Below, piece after piece: positions 22,625 to 35,892 of a stretch of 64,000 bases of DNA. The DNA is taken from assembly GCF_018977255.1 (NCBI RefSeq), contig NW_024704743.1:21516001-21580000 (forward strand), written 5' to 3'. Under the pieces are notes generated by a model, which worked only from the letters and a program-made list of their open reading frames with translations, had not been told where the DNA came from and searched no databases. Each line of letters opens with the position of its first letter. The stretch's first letter is position 1. A program made the translations under genes and the position numbers. This DNA comes from Callorhinchus milii. Lineage: Eukaryota.

Positions 22625-25449
22625 AGTATCTTGTGCATCTCAGATAAACCATTCACCGTGTTAGCCATCCCTTGCCATGCTTGCCCACATCAAAATGCAA
22701 GGATTATTATTTTTAGATGTGGTGAATCCTCTGAATCTTGTGTTTCAGTGTTATTTTTTCATAAGTGCCATATGTACTGCCATAATGAAATAACCATTTT
22801 TGTGGTTTATTCTCCACCTCCCATGGTGGATTGATGCCTAACAGTGTATTTATAGAGCACAATTGATACCACTACGTTTTTTCAGGTATTCAATTATCTT
22901 GGCAGTCGTCTATTTGGCTCCTCAAAATGTCAAAGTCGTTTTTGCCTTCATACACCACACCCCCGCACCCCCACCACTTAGAAGCAAGGCATTTAAAAGT
23001 ATTGACCCTGACACACATGGACATAATAGCACGTTATGATTAGCATCACAACACACTGAGAACAGCCTCCAATGTCTCAAACAATTTAGTAACTATTAGG
23101 GATTTTACGCAATTAACTTTGAACTGGATGTGATTTGGGCTATAATTGTAGCCTAAAATTGGGAATAGCATTAAGGCTCGATGAATGCATTTTTTAAAAA
23201 ATGCACATCATCTATAAGATGGAAAGGAAAATTATTCGTTCTTTGCAATTTAACATTAAGCATCTGATACAATGCATTTAAAAATGTTTCTTCCCTTTGT
23301 GTGGATGCACAATGGGCTTTTCATCCTGAGCTGATGGTGCAACTCAGTGACAGCAGCTGTGTCTGGCAAGGAGCTGGTAAGTTTTTTTTTGTAAGTCTGG
23401 CAGCCAAGCTTCTTTTGTGAGTCTGTCTAGCAACATTCCTTGTGTGCGTAAATGTATATATACGTGTGTATGTCTAAAATCAGGGAGAGCGTGAAAAGAG
23501 GGAGAGAAGGATTGATATACAGAAAGAAAAACAATGTGACAAAGACACATAGCTCAAAATCAGGAGATTCAGAATCAACTGGCTGCCCAGATTATTATTA
23601 TTCACACTTTTCTACCTATTCTCTATATAGTCACCACACTTTACAGACAATTATGAAGTCCTTTGAGGCATTTTGATGTGGTAAAGTACCACATCAATTG
23701 CAAGGACTATTATTATTATTATTACTGTCTGTTTTTTTTCCCTCTACCTACCTCTATTATTTTAGTTTTCATTTTGTTTCTAACTCCACATAATTTTGTT
23801 ATTGGTTTGACTCAAAACCACCCTTTGTTTAGCCTGCAACACTCACCCCTCCACAGTGCACTTTCCAGTGTTTGCAATGCTTTGGGTGAAATTGACAAGC
23901 ATATGTTGCAAAACCCACTCCAGCTGTGCTGCCTGAAGGGCCCTACAGATAATTAAGCATGAAGTTCCTTAATAATGCTAGTAATTTCTCGTTGATCATT
24001 AGCTCAAGGGGTTCAAGGTTTGATGTCTAACCATAAGGTTGCAAGTTCAAGTTCTACAACTGTCTGCCACTCAAAGAAATGTCTTTCCTTTGAGTTTTGT
24101 CAATTCTTATCCGGGTAGCTGGATGGATGAGTGAAAGTGAGATTTTCTGTTTCGCTGAGGGAGAGGAGAAAAAGGCTGAGATTACTGAGTTCACTTGGGA
24201 TGATTATGCAGTAGAATTCATAACTGTGGAAGCTCTGCAATAGAGATTGCCTCTTGTCTTCCTGGATAAAAGGTGATGTGTGGTATTGAGTATGTAGCCT
24301 ATATTGCATACAAAAACGAAAATCATACAAAATCCAGGGAAATCTTGTTTCATCTCTGGATACATTAGTCATTCACTTCTTGGCTGATTTTGGGACATTG
24401 TTATGAGCAAAATGACTACTTCATTTATTCACAAATATACATTTGGCAGCAATTACTCATGACATGTCTTGAGAGAGTTCAATGTTACAGACTCTATACC
24501 AAACAATCGATTGTTATTATCTATTACCAGTCAATGGGTCTTGGTTAAATATCAACAAACTAATTTCCTATTTGAGCTACGAACATATAGGAAATCCCCC
24601 CTGCACTATTGCATAGTAGCTTTCTAATCGGATTTGCAAATTTTTATGCATGTTCTGCTTGTCTGCTTCTTACTTTGCTTGTCTTTCATTCGTCTATGTT
24701 TGCAGTCTCTTTTTTGTTCCAGCTAGAGCTCTCAAAGGGTTAATAACTTCTTCCCACCAGATCTGACTCACGATCTTACATGGCCAATCCTAGCTTCCTC
24801 ACCAGAGGGAATTGAGTTTTTTTAATTGGTTCAGCACAAGTCTTGACTATGAACGCCAAGCCAGACTGGCTCAGCTTGACCTAGACAACGGCTGTCTCTC
24901 ACCCACCTCCCCAATTAAAGCTTCCAGGACTGAAAAGCAATCTTCTGTCTTGTCAGTGCTGTACCCTTGTACTTCAGTCTAATTACTTTTAGGGGGAAAC
25001 TCAAGCCAAATGGGGTAGCCAGCTCTATTCTTTCTATATTCTCAGCTGCTTATTATTCCAGTGACTAGATGGCCCTCTAACCACTTACTGTATTTTGAAT
25101 TCCTGGGTTGCCATGACATCTATTTTCTACTGAGTTGTGGGTTGCCTGATCCTGGACACAAAAGGGCTATAAGCCCTTGAATTCTCATTTCCTGTATATT
25201 ATAGAACAAACAAGAAAAATATTCCCGGGGGCATAAATCCAGTGTGACATCATTTTAACCAGGATTATTCACAGAGCAGAGGTGTCCTGGCAGGTTCTCA
25301 ACACATTGGCCTTTTTTCCTGTTTTTTCCTGTCATTTGGAATTTCCAACCTGTAGCAGAACAGTCCATTTCTTTTAAATTAAATCTCTACCCCTTTTCAA
25401 GGTTCTATACTGCTGCTGAGTCTTGATTGAGCAATATTGCCTAAATACT

Positions 25450-26145
25450 ATAATAACAATAAAAATAATCTTTGCATTTGATATAGCACCTTATCACATT
25501 GACTTATCACATTTACTGTGAAGGGTAGTGACAGTGTGTTTTATGGGAAAACATGGCATCCAATTTGCGCACAATAATGTCCCATAAACAGCCATGTGGA
25601 GTCCTGTAGCTCAGTGGTTAGAGCACTCGCTTTGCAAGTGAGAGACCTGAGTTCAATTCCAGGCAGGTCAGGGCGAAACCTTGGGCAAGTTTCCTTACTC
25701 CACACAGAGCCTAATAATAATCTCTCCAAAACCAAAAACAATAATAAAAATTGATCATTTTCAATCTACGACTGTTTGTGGGACATTGCTGTGCACAATT
25801 GGCTGCCCTGTTCGCCCACAAATATACAGTCAATTCACTTTACAGTGTGTTCTGTGAAGCGCTTTGGGACGTCCTCCCGACGTGAAAAGCGCAATACCAA
25901 ATGCAAGGATTATTATTATTATTATTATTATGAAGTGAGTGAATTTTATTTGGGGGATTGTTGGCCATGACACTGAGAGAAACTCCCTTCCCTTTTCGAA
26001 TAGTGCCATGGGATCTTTAATGTTCACGAAACAGCAGACGGGACTTCGGTTAACTTTTTATCTGAATGTTAACCCAGCATCTCCAACATTGTAGTGCATC
26101 CTCAGCAGCATTGGAATGTAAGCCTAGACTGTGAGTTCAAAGTCA
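25450..26145 (-). mobile_element. Deu-type SINE hosting a younger SINE insertion
   Basis: Tail at 25450-25595; core (tagtgccatgggatcttt) resumes at 25931. Confidence 0.8.
25596..25930 (+). mobile_element. Full-length tRNA-Ala SINE (short form)
   Basis: Complete head to (ATT)n tail; CTCCC loop. Confidence 0.95.
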
Positions 26146-26876
26146 CAAAGAGTCAGACTTAGACACAATTGCATCCCTCACTTTGATTGAATGAAGTGGT
26201 CAAAGATTTAATGAACCACAACATAATTGGTGGGTGAGCGGGTTCTTAATCCTGTTCATATAGAGTTTTGTGTGTGTGGCTGAAGGCAGGACAGAATCCA
26301 GGATAGACCAACATGAAAGTGCCTCCTTGGAGGAAGAGGTTAAGTGCTGTCCAAAGAAGAAAAGGACACACTTGAAATTGTTATGGTAAGCCAGGTGTCT
26401 GAAATGTGTGGAAACCCATCGTTGTGCTTAAGAATATCTAAACCAGATTGAGAGTTCCACCTATGCATGCAAATTTTCCTGTATCAGGAATTGAATGTGC
26501 ACTCCCTCCCTAGAGAGATGCACCCTGCTTAACTATTGGAAAGTATTAGATACAGGTTGGCAAGAACCAAAGTTGGGGTGTTGCTGGAGTTTAACCAGAT
26601 AAAACTACATACCTTGCTACTGCAAGCGGTGTCTGGCAAGCTTCTTGCTGCTTGACCAGTTGGGACCAACCTGCCCAGCAGGGCTTTGGCTTGGGGGTTA
26701 ATGGGAGCTGAATGGGAAGAATCCCTTCCCCTAGACTGCCACTCCAAGTTCTGTGATGAGCCAGGCTGACAGATCAGTCATCAACAATGCCTTGGAGTAC
26801 TGCCTGGCTCAGGAATCAGACTATAATAATAATAAAAATAATCCTTGCGTTTGATATAGAGTCTTTTCACGTCCTT

Positions 26877-27227
26877 GTAGAGTCCTGTAATTTAATGGTT
26901 AAGGCACTTGCCTCGCAAGGCCAGAGGATTCCTGGGTTTGAATCCTGGACAGGATGAAACGATAGACAATTTTCCTTACTCCGCATGCCTGTGTTTACCT
27001 AGCAGTGAGTAGAACCCGGTTGTTAGTCGAGTGGTGGATCGCTTTTCTGGGGTAAATAACAATCTGTACACTTAATCCACAAAAAAAATGTGTTACACTG
27101 CTGTGCGCAATTGGCTGCCACATTTCGCCCACAAAATATACAGTCAATTCACTTCACTGTATATTCTGTGAACCACTTTGAGATGTCTCGAAGAAGGCGC
27201 TATATCAAATGCAAGGATTATTATTAT
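26877..27227 (+). mobile_element. tRNA-Ala SINE (long form)
   Basis: Head plus the tttacctagcagtgagtagaacccggttgttagtcga block plus tail. Confidence 0.88.
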
Positions 27228-28644
27228 CATTTACCATATATTCTGTGAAGCATCTGAGAGGTCTTTGAGACTATGAAGACCAGCATGGAGGATGAACTCA
27301 GTTCTGATATTTTATTGTCAGGAACATCACTCAAGCAGACTCTGCTTCCCCCCCCACCTGCCCCCCTACCAAAGATATTCATGAGTTGGTCATTACAAAT
27401 CGTAGAATTTTGAGAACATTATGGGCAGACAAACTAAAATGCAAACATCATCAGGATGTCAAATGGCTTGGTTAGAAGTTAGACAAAATGCTGACAGTGC
27501 ACCCATATATCAATGGGGACACGGAAGAATGTAAAAAGCAATTCTACAGTCAGAAAAAGGGTAGCAGAACTGAAAGTGATTCCAACAAGCAAGATGAGCA
27601 AATGGCTAAGCGTCCAGAAGTGGTCCCCTTCACCAATAAAAACGTCAGCCACTGAAAGGATTTTTCAATGTTCAAAATAATAAGGGAGAAGGAGACCTCT
27701 GACTGTGATAGCTAATATTAATAATAATCTTTATATTGGTTCAACAACAACAAATTGAATTTATTATGAAGCGTGTGTGGTGGAGGTACTTGATATATTA
27801 GGGAGGCTAAAAGACATATGGTCTGAAAAATATAAATGTGCTGAGGTGCTTAAACAGGAATAAGCATATTGGTTACTGGAGAAATCTCTCAATTTCCATG
27901 TCCAGATAACCCAATGAGATATATTGTATTTAGACTACATCAGTGCACAGTCACTGCACTTCACAGCGAATCCTGTAAAGCGCTTTAAGGGTCTTTCTGA
28001 GGTGAAAGAGCTATATCAAATGTAAGCATTATTATAATAATATATTATTTTACACTGGGGAGAAGGGAAATCATCGTGATTTGGGCAGTGATTCATTGTT
28101 AAATGTTCAAGATAAATCAGGGCTTAACCAGTGAGAATTGTATGCTGGAGCCCCACTCCTGACAACACCTAGGCGAGTTTGGGACCTTTGTTATTCATCT
28201 CACTGCAGTGTGAATTGCACTCATTTCCCCGTTATTTGTTGAAAGTGCCCGGGAAATTCATTCAACTACCGAGGAACATTCAACAGATCATTTTTTTAAA
28301 GTTATTAATCAATTGTGCAACTGGCTTTTTACGTTTTATACNAAAAAAACCTGCGTTTAAGGTTCTGTACATGTGTAAAGTAGGATAAACTTGGGCTGGC
28401 ACTGTATGTGCCTGTGGAGGAGGGCATATCTCCTATATGAGGTTTAGGCACTGGCAATTTTCAGGATTTTCTGTTTTTATTTACAAACTTTCCATAAAAT
28501 GTATTAGTTCATAAACAGTTTGTACAATATTATTGATGCAATAGGTTTCTGGATGAATTAATAATGTTAAATGTATTTTGAGTCGCTGTGCAATGTAAAA
28601 AGATGCAATCGAAGATGCTATATAAAAGCAAGTTGTTGTCGATC

Positions 28645-29465
28645 AAAATCCCTCATCCATGCTTTCATCAACTTGTGGCTTGATTACTTCAGTGCTCTGC
28701 CCGCCAGACTCGCTAGCTCCTCCAGACAAGCTGCAGACCATTTAGAACTTAGCATGTGTCTTCTCCTGCCCATCATTGCATCCTCGTTCAGCTCCCTTCC
28801 TACCTTTGGGACCTGCTAATCCCTTATCAACCTGTCCACTCCCTCCGCTCACCGGGCTCTGCCTGCTCCATGTCCCCAGCCTGGTCCGCCCCACCAAAGG
28901 CGATTGGACCTTCAACCTTTCAGTCCCCACCCTTGGAACTCTATCCCATATTCCCTTCGCCTCGAACCCTCCCTTGCCTCCTTCAAGACCCTCCTCTTCG
29001 ACCGTGCCTTCGGCCATCCTCCTACCCTCCCTGCCCACCATCCTCCATTATCCCATTAGCCCCCCCAACCCCCTCCCCCCGCTTGGGTCCAAATCGCGAG
29101 ACTCTCTAGGGATGTCCTCCGATGTAAAAGGTGCTATACAAATGCAACTTTGAATTATATTGGCCTCCCCATCATATTCCTCCAACACTTTGAATTCAAG
29201 ATCCTCACCTTACTTTGAAATGCTTTGCCCCATCAGACCTTTGACTCCTCCTAGGACCCTACTACCCTAGCTGTTCTCTATGCTCAGCAAACACTGGTGT
29301 GCTTCATGTCCCTGCCTGATCCACTCCACTATCTGCAGATGAGCTTTCAATCATTCTACCCTTTCTCTCTGGAACTGTATCCTGGAGTCTTCCCACCTCA
29401 CCTCCTCCCTTCCTGCCTTCAAAGGCCAACTTAAAACCCAACTTTTCAACCTCACTTTTGGCCAC
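28645..29465 (+). mobile_element. Two tandem decayed L2 3' regions
   Basis: SLIHAFINLWLDY, LWN and FKIL motifs; stem-loop tail at ~29105-29150. Confidence 0.75.
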
Positions 29466-30129
29466 CCATGTTATAGCCAACAATCCTCTAGATAAAATTG
29501 ATCATGCATTTCATGGCTGATTGTGGGACACTGCTGTGTGAAAATTGGCTGTCACATTCACCTAAAAAAAATACAGTCACTACACTTTACAGAAAAACGT
29601 TGCAACGTTGCTAGTCGCTTATCTTTCCTGATTTATAACTAGCAATAATGTTAAAAATGTAACCTTTTAAACCTGTCTTTAAGGACAGTTGTGGGACTGA
29701 GCACCGCACGGGAGAAAGGTTCTCTCTCAGGCTTCTCAGAACGGAGACAAATGCCATCTTTGATTTCATTTTTAAACAAGAGTCAAGATTTATGACTATC
29801 ATAATGATTTTCTGGCAAAGAAGCATGACATCTGTTCTCTCCTTGACCTGATAAAAGATTTCAGACATTCTGATCAGCAACAGGAGAACTGTTATTGAAA
29901 GGTAATGAAAGTTATTACCTTATCCCTCAATCAGCTGTCTGTTTCCAATTTGATAACTAGTTTGTGCTCTCTGTATCAGGCAGCTCTGCGTTGTTCCACT
30001 CTCAGTCACTAGTACATTTTAAATGCACTTTTTTCCATCTCTTTTGGTAGATAAAAATAAAGCAAAACAACATCTTCAATTTGTATAGCGTCACTCATGT
30101 GGCATAGTGTCTTGGAGTGCTTTTGTTTC

Positions 30130-30402
30130 GTTTGATATAGTGTCTTATCACATAGTCAAGACATCTTAAAGTGCTTCACAAGATATAGTGTAAATAGTGT
30201 GACTGCATATTCTGTGGGTGAACATGGCAGCCAATTTTGCATACAGCAATTTCCAACAAACAGCTAAGGAGTGAGTGACCAATTTTACTTGTGGCCCGAA
30301 TACCATGAAAATCTCCTTTTCTTTTTTCAAGTAGTGCCATCAGAATGTTATCATCCACCTGGACAGGCAGAAGGGACCTTGGTTTAACATCTTATCCGAA
30401 AG
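30130..30402 (-). mobile_element. Deu-type SINE body and tail
   Basis: Reverse complement of the Deu core and tail. Confidence 0.75.
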
Positions 30403-30486
30403 AAAGATATATACTCATGTGCGATGACATACCATGGAGAATGAGGACTACTACACCTCAATGAATAATTAACCTTTCCACATTTA

Positions 30487-30903
30487 GGTGTCAGCCTGGC
30501 TCAATTGGTAGCACTATCGCTTCTGAGTCAGAAGGTTGTAGGTTCAAACCCCATGTTATGACTTACAGAGTAGGCTGATACTCCAATATAGTGCTGGGAG
30601 GTGTACTACAGGTTGGAGCTGCCTGTCCTTCAGATTAGACGTGAGCCGAGGTCTCGTCTACCTGTTCAGGTTGATAAGAAAGCACCTATAAAACTACTTG
30701 AAAAGTGAAGGGAGTTTCTCCTGGTGTTCTGACCAACAATTCCCCACCTCCCGACAAAAAACAAATTGATCATGGCTACTTGTGGGGCATCACTGTACGC
30801 AAATCAACTGCAGCATTTATCTACAAAATACAGAGTCACTACACATTACACGTTACATTTTGAGATGTCCTCTCAATGTGAAGGGCACTATATCAAATGC
30901 AAT
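30487..30903 (+). mobile_element. Full-length Deu-type SINE (tRNA head, Deu core, L2-like tail)
   Basis: ggtgtcagcctggctcaattggtagcact...ggttcaaaccc; core ccgaggtctcgtctacctgttcagg...ggagtttctcctggtgttctgacc. Confidence 0.85.
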
Positions 30904-31149
30904 TTTTTTTGTGCATCTTGTGTTCAGAACATTCTTTCTCCCCAGGACCTAGTGTGTATTGCCAAGAATTCTCTTCACTGTTGTCTTTGTGATACAGATC
31001 ATGATATCATGCTATGTCCTTGTGAGGATTGTTTTGACGATGGTGAGATAATGTGAATCTATTGTGTAGTGATTCATGGGAACAGCAAAGCACATTTGTC
31101 CAGTTTCAGACTATCCGCGCTTTCCACTGTGATCCCTGAAGGATTATGA

Positions 31150-31810
31150 CAACAATAATAACTTGCATTTATAAAGTGCCCTTCACGTAGGGGTTATGTC
31201 GAAGAGTGTGCATTACAAAGATGGGGTTGGATGCAGTGCAAGGGATAGGGGAAAGAGGAGAGGTAAGGGGGAGATGGCTACAGACTTTAAAATGGGACAG
31301 GATAAGAGTGGAAAAGCGTGGTAGAAAAAGGTTTCAAAGGTGAGGGGCATAGAAACTGAAACCTCAATCACCAGTGGTGGCACGGAGAGAGTGGAGGGTG
31401 CACAGCAAGCCTGAATTTGTTGAGTGGAGGGGGTGAGCAGAGAAATTGAGTAGGAGAAATAAGGAGGTGCTAGGGCAAGGAGTATTTTACAGGTGAGGAT
31501 GATAACTTTAAAATCGCTCTTCTGTTAAGCACGGAGCCAATGCAGCTTGATGAGGATTGGGGTGATGGACGTATACAGTTTAATGCAGGTGAAGATGCAA
31601 GTGATAGAATTTTAAATGAGTTAGATGTTGTAAATGATGGAGCTAGGAAAACCAGTGAGAAGTGCATCAGAAAAGTTTAAGCCAGAGGTAACAAGGTGTG
31701 AATAAGTGTTTTGATGGGTGTGAGATAAGGGCTGAGGCCGTCAATGTAATAGAGGTGAAGGAAAGCAGTCCTGATGATTAGCCATACAGCAAGAGGGATG
31801 TCCCAAATAG
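31150..31810 (-). mobile_element. Old L2 3' region
   Basis: Tail acaataataacttgcatttata; purine-rich body; decayed FKIL and IQNS motifs. Confidence 0.6.
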
Positions 31811-33814
31811 ATGGCCAAGCCTCAGCAAAGGTATAGTTGTATGGATGATAGAGTTCTGAGATGCTACCCTGCGTGGAGGGTGCTATATAAGTGCAAATTG
31901 TTGTTGTTGATAGGAGGGTGGCATAAGACTCAGTATACCAAAAAATGTCCTTTAACAGAACACCGGGGAGAAAATCCACTTGCAACTAAATTTAGTCTAT
32001 TTATTTTAGCATTTCAGAGTGTATAGAATTCAGCAAATTATTGTATTCAGTTTTAACTTCATAAGCAGTTTCCTGTAATTTCTTAAAATAACTTAAAAAA
32101 AGACCATGTTTAAAAATTTGCTGAATTTCAGACACTCTGAAATGCTGAGATAATAAAGTAAATCTAGACTCAGTTGGAATATCTACCTCCATATGGTTCC
32201 CTAAAAACATATATTTTTTACCATAATGTTTGCCAACATTCTTAATTTGCCACCTTTTTCCCATGCTGGGCGCTCTCCATGTTATGTGTTAAGTGTTTTG
32301 AGACATTCATTCTACGTGAAGGACCTCTATATAAGGGTAATTTGTTAAGACAAAACAATATAATACAATGCGTCCCCCCGATGTGAAAAGTGCCACATAA
32401 ATTTGTATTATATTGACGAGAAAGGCTCAACTTTTCAGCATGAAAACTAACATATAAGATTCTTACTCTACACCATTAGGACCAAAGCATCCTCTGACCT
32501 GTGCCATCACAAAAGAGATGAGTAAGCAGAATATTGAAATCCTTACTTACCTTTTTATCTTTGTCACAAAAAAGTATAATTTCTAAATTATATTTCACAG
32601 TTTTTTTAATCCCTATTGTATCCCCACTTTTTGTTCTCTCTGTAAATCAATGCTTGGAATAGTGAAAGGTTTAAAGCCAGACAATAAAGGCTAACATTCC
32701 TCAGGGATTATCCAGTGGTTCAACAGCAGGGGAGGAGAAAGTATGCAAAACTTTCCTCTACACTCCACAGCAGATTGGAGTTTGGCCAACACCTACAGAG
32801 AGAAAGAATAAAATGAATATATATTATTGTTCAATTATTCCTTTTATAGGATCCCACTTGAATTCTCACACAGAAAAAAAATGTCCTTCAAGTACATCTG
32901 ATCTCTTCACTTCCCTTCCTGATTTCATGGCCGGTGCTCTGCTGTGATATCACTAAGTACATGAGCCTCCTCAACCTCATAGAACAAAGGCCTGGATTCA
33001 AACCATCACACAGTCCCATAGGATGCAGCTGAGTGTGTGGGATTGCTTTTATGCCCAGGAGTCTCTTTTACGATCAAACTCCTATCATAATTCCTCATGT
33101 GTTATATCAAGTTAAGAGTTGAAATCTGGAATTGGCAAATAGGGGAAGCAGTGGATCCACCTTTTTATAACTGATGTCAAGAGATTCACGAATGATATGG
33201 AAATCCCTAAAATATCTTAAACTTGCCCAAGACAAGCACAATGCTGTGTCTAACGTTACTGTTATTAACCAGTTTTGTGCTTTGAAAAGTCCAGGGACAT
33301 GAATTGTGTGAAGCTTAGCCTTAAGATCAGTTCATTTCTTTACTGTATTTTCTCACTCTCAGATTTCCTGCATTTTACAAATGGCTTGTAGTCAGATCAG
33401 CAAAAAAAATGAGAATTAAATGATGAAAGCTGTGTATTTGTTTCCCATTAATAAACTCTAGTGAATATAAAAGTGGGCTTGTGTGAGTCTAGTTATTCTC
33501 TATAGGGATATAACCAGACATCATCAAACTATGAATTATCTATGCATGCGGCCCATTATGGCACTTGTGGGTTAACAAGTTATGTTAACTATTGCAATTT
33601 TATTTTACTGCTCAACATGATATCGTAACAATTTTATTGTTTCAGTGCTTAATGTTGTTTGCATTCCTGTTGGCATGCAAGGGGAAAAAAGATACAAGGG
33701 GAGAAAAGGCCAGTCTATAGATGAAGACCACAAGATCAGAAGATTATTTCAGATGAAGAAGACCTTTAGGCCCATCTGATATCATCCTTCCAGAATATGT
33801 CAAAACAGTGTGAG

Positions 33815-34175
33815 TCTGTAATAAGCAGAACACTGGGCTATATTGCTAAATCATTTAAGTTTACAAATCCAGATGTTATACTCAAGCTGTATATTCCTCT
33901 AGGCAGACAATTACAGTACTACATACAGTTCTGGTCACCACAACATAAGGCTACCAAGGTCTAGAGGCAGTGCAGAGAGGAGAGCAATGAGGATGATCCC
34001 CAGCATTAGAGCAACAATTAGACAAGTTAGGCCTCTTCAATCTTGAGAAAAGATGAATCAGACAGGATCCTATAGAAATGTATGAAATTTTAAATTGAAA
34101 AAATAGACAAGGTGGGTATTCTGGAGGGATGAGATCAGATGGACTATAGGGCCTTCTTCATCCACGCAAATCTTG
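33815..34175 (+). mobile_element. CR1 ORF2 C-terminal fragment
   Basis: TLGYIAKS, VILKLY, QFWSP, LEAVQR, KLGLFNLEKR. Confidence 0.8.
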
Positions 34176-34439
34176 TGAATAACATCAGCGGGCAGGCTTG
34201 ATGCCTAGCTGCTTCCTTCCACTCTCTGAAAATCCATCCTAACTCCTTCCTTCCCTCACCTCTTTCAAGTTCCTTCTAAAGACCTCTTTGACCATGTTTT
34301 CAGTCATTTTTCCCTTCCCCACTCCCCTCATTCTGATATCCCACTTCAGGTGCTAAGTCAGTATTGTTAAGCATCTTTGGATGTCTTCTTATGTAAAAGG
34401 TGTTATATAAATGTGTATTGTAATACCCACCTTGCTGTT

Positions 34440-35892
34440 AATCTATTGCAGTTTAACCTGTTTTTTTAAACGAGTCCAATGGACTGGCCTCAACCACCCT
34501 TCCTGGCCACCTATTAATTACCATGTTTCATTACAACAACAACAACAACAATATTCCATTTATAAAGCGCCTTTCACGTCAGGAGGACGTCCCAAGGCGC
34601 TGCACAGTTGGGTCATGACCCGAGCAGGGGGGAAGTGGTCAGGGTGAGGGGAGGGAGGGAGCGAGGAGGGGGGAAATGGTCAGGGTGAGGGGAGGGAAGG
34701 GAGGGAGCGAGCAGGGGGAAGAGAGTCGAGAGGGGAGCTGAAGGCACGGTCAAAGAGAAAGGTTTTGAGACCGGCCTTGAAGGAGGAAAGGGAGGAGGCG
34801 GCGAAGGCACTGGGGGATAGAGTTCCAGGGCCTAGAGGCTGAGAGGCTGAAGGCCCGACCACCGATGGTAGGGCGATTGGGGCGGGGGACGTGGAGCAGA
34901 CCGGAGCCGGAGGAACGGAGGGTACGGGCAGGTAAGTAGGGGGATAGTAGGTTGGAGAGGTAGGAGGGAGCAAGGCCGTGAATGGCCTTGTAGGTGAGGA
35001 TGAGGATCTTGAAATCAATCCTCTGGGGGATGGGGAGCCAGTGGAGGCGAGCGAGGGTGGGTGTGATGTGGTCCCGAAGCCTGGTGCGGGACAGTACACG
35101 AGCTGCAGAGTTCTGAATGACCTGCAGCTTGTGGAGGGAGGTGGCGGGAAGGCCGGCGAGGAGAGAGTTCCCATAGTCCAGCCTTGAGGTGACAAAGGCG
35201 TGAACCAGAGTTTCAGCAGCGTGAGGGGTGAGGTAGTGCCGTAGTCTGGCGATGTTCCGGAGGTGATGGAAGGCGGTGCCAGTTGTGGTGCGGATGTGAG
35301 GGAGAAAGGACAGCTCAGGGTCGAACAAAACGCCGAGGTTCCTGACCGGCTTTGAGAGGTGGAGAGTGCAGCCTTGGATGCTGATGGTGTCGGCGCCTGA
35401 GGTGCGGAGGCGCTGACGTGAGCCAATCAAGAGGGCCTCGGTTTTTCGCACGTTGAGCTGAAGAAAGTTGTCTCTCGTCCAGGACTCGATGTCGGACAGG
35501 CAGGCTGTCAGGACATCGGTGGTCGTGGAGTCTCTCGTCCAGGACTCGATGTCGGACAGGCAGGCTGTAATTACCATGTGTCATTAATTACACTCTGGAT
35601 AAATATAATCTTCTTGGTATCTGTCCTGAAATTGCTCTGGCCACCCTAAACCAATCTTTTCTTTTTCTGCTGTCTTAGTGCAGCCTAGCATATTGTTCTG
35701 GACTTTTATCAATCCCATTTAGAATTTTATCCATCTCTGTAAAGTCCCCTTTGAGATGTCTCCTCTCAAAACGAAAGAGCTCCAACTTGTCTAATTGTTG
35801 CTCATAGTTCATTCCTCTAACACTGGGGATCATCCTCATTTCTCTCCCCTGCACTGCTTCGAGGTGCCTGAGCAGCCCCCTTATGTTGTGGA
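34440..35892 (-). mobile_element. CR1 ORF2 C-terminal fragment interrupted by L2
   Basis: Reverse complement reads LEAVQ..MRMIPSVRGMNYEQQLDKLELFRFERR..FRTD and resumes after the L2 as PGRVVEASPLDSFKK. Confidence 0.75.
34534..35567 (-). mobile_element. Young L2 LINE, 1-kb 3' portion with an open ORF2 C-terminus
   Basis: 275-aa ORF 34750-35577 (NFLQLNVRKTEALLIG, VRNLGVLFD, HAFVTSRLDYGNSLL, LHWLPI, FKIL); CpG-rich; (TTG)n tail; 19-bp flanking duplication. Confidence 0.97.

Noticed and set aside
23330..23400. Isolated strong splice donors (plus CTG|GTAAGT at 23377; also 16735 plus and ~32550 minus)
   Set aside because: No convincing paired acceptor, reading frame or exon chain; a lncRNA cannot be excluded.
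34750..35577. 275-aa host protein-coding gene
   Set aside because: It is the C-terminus of L2 ORF2 in a 5'-truncated insertion, and its ATG comes from the flanking target duplication.
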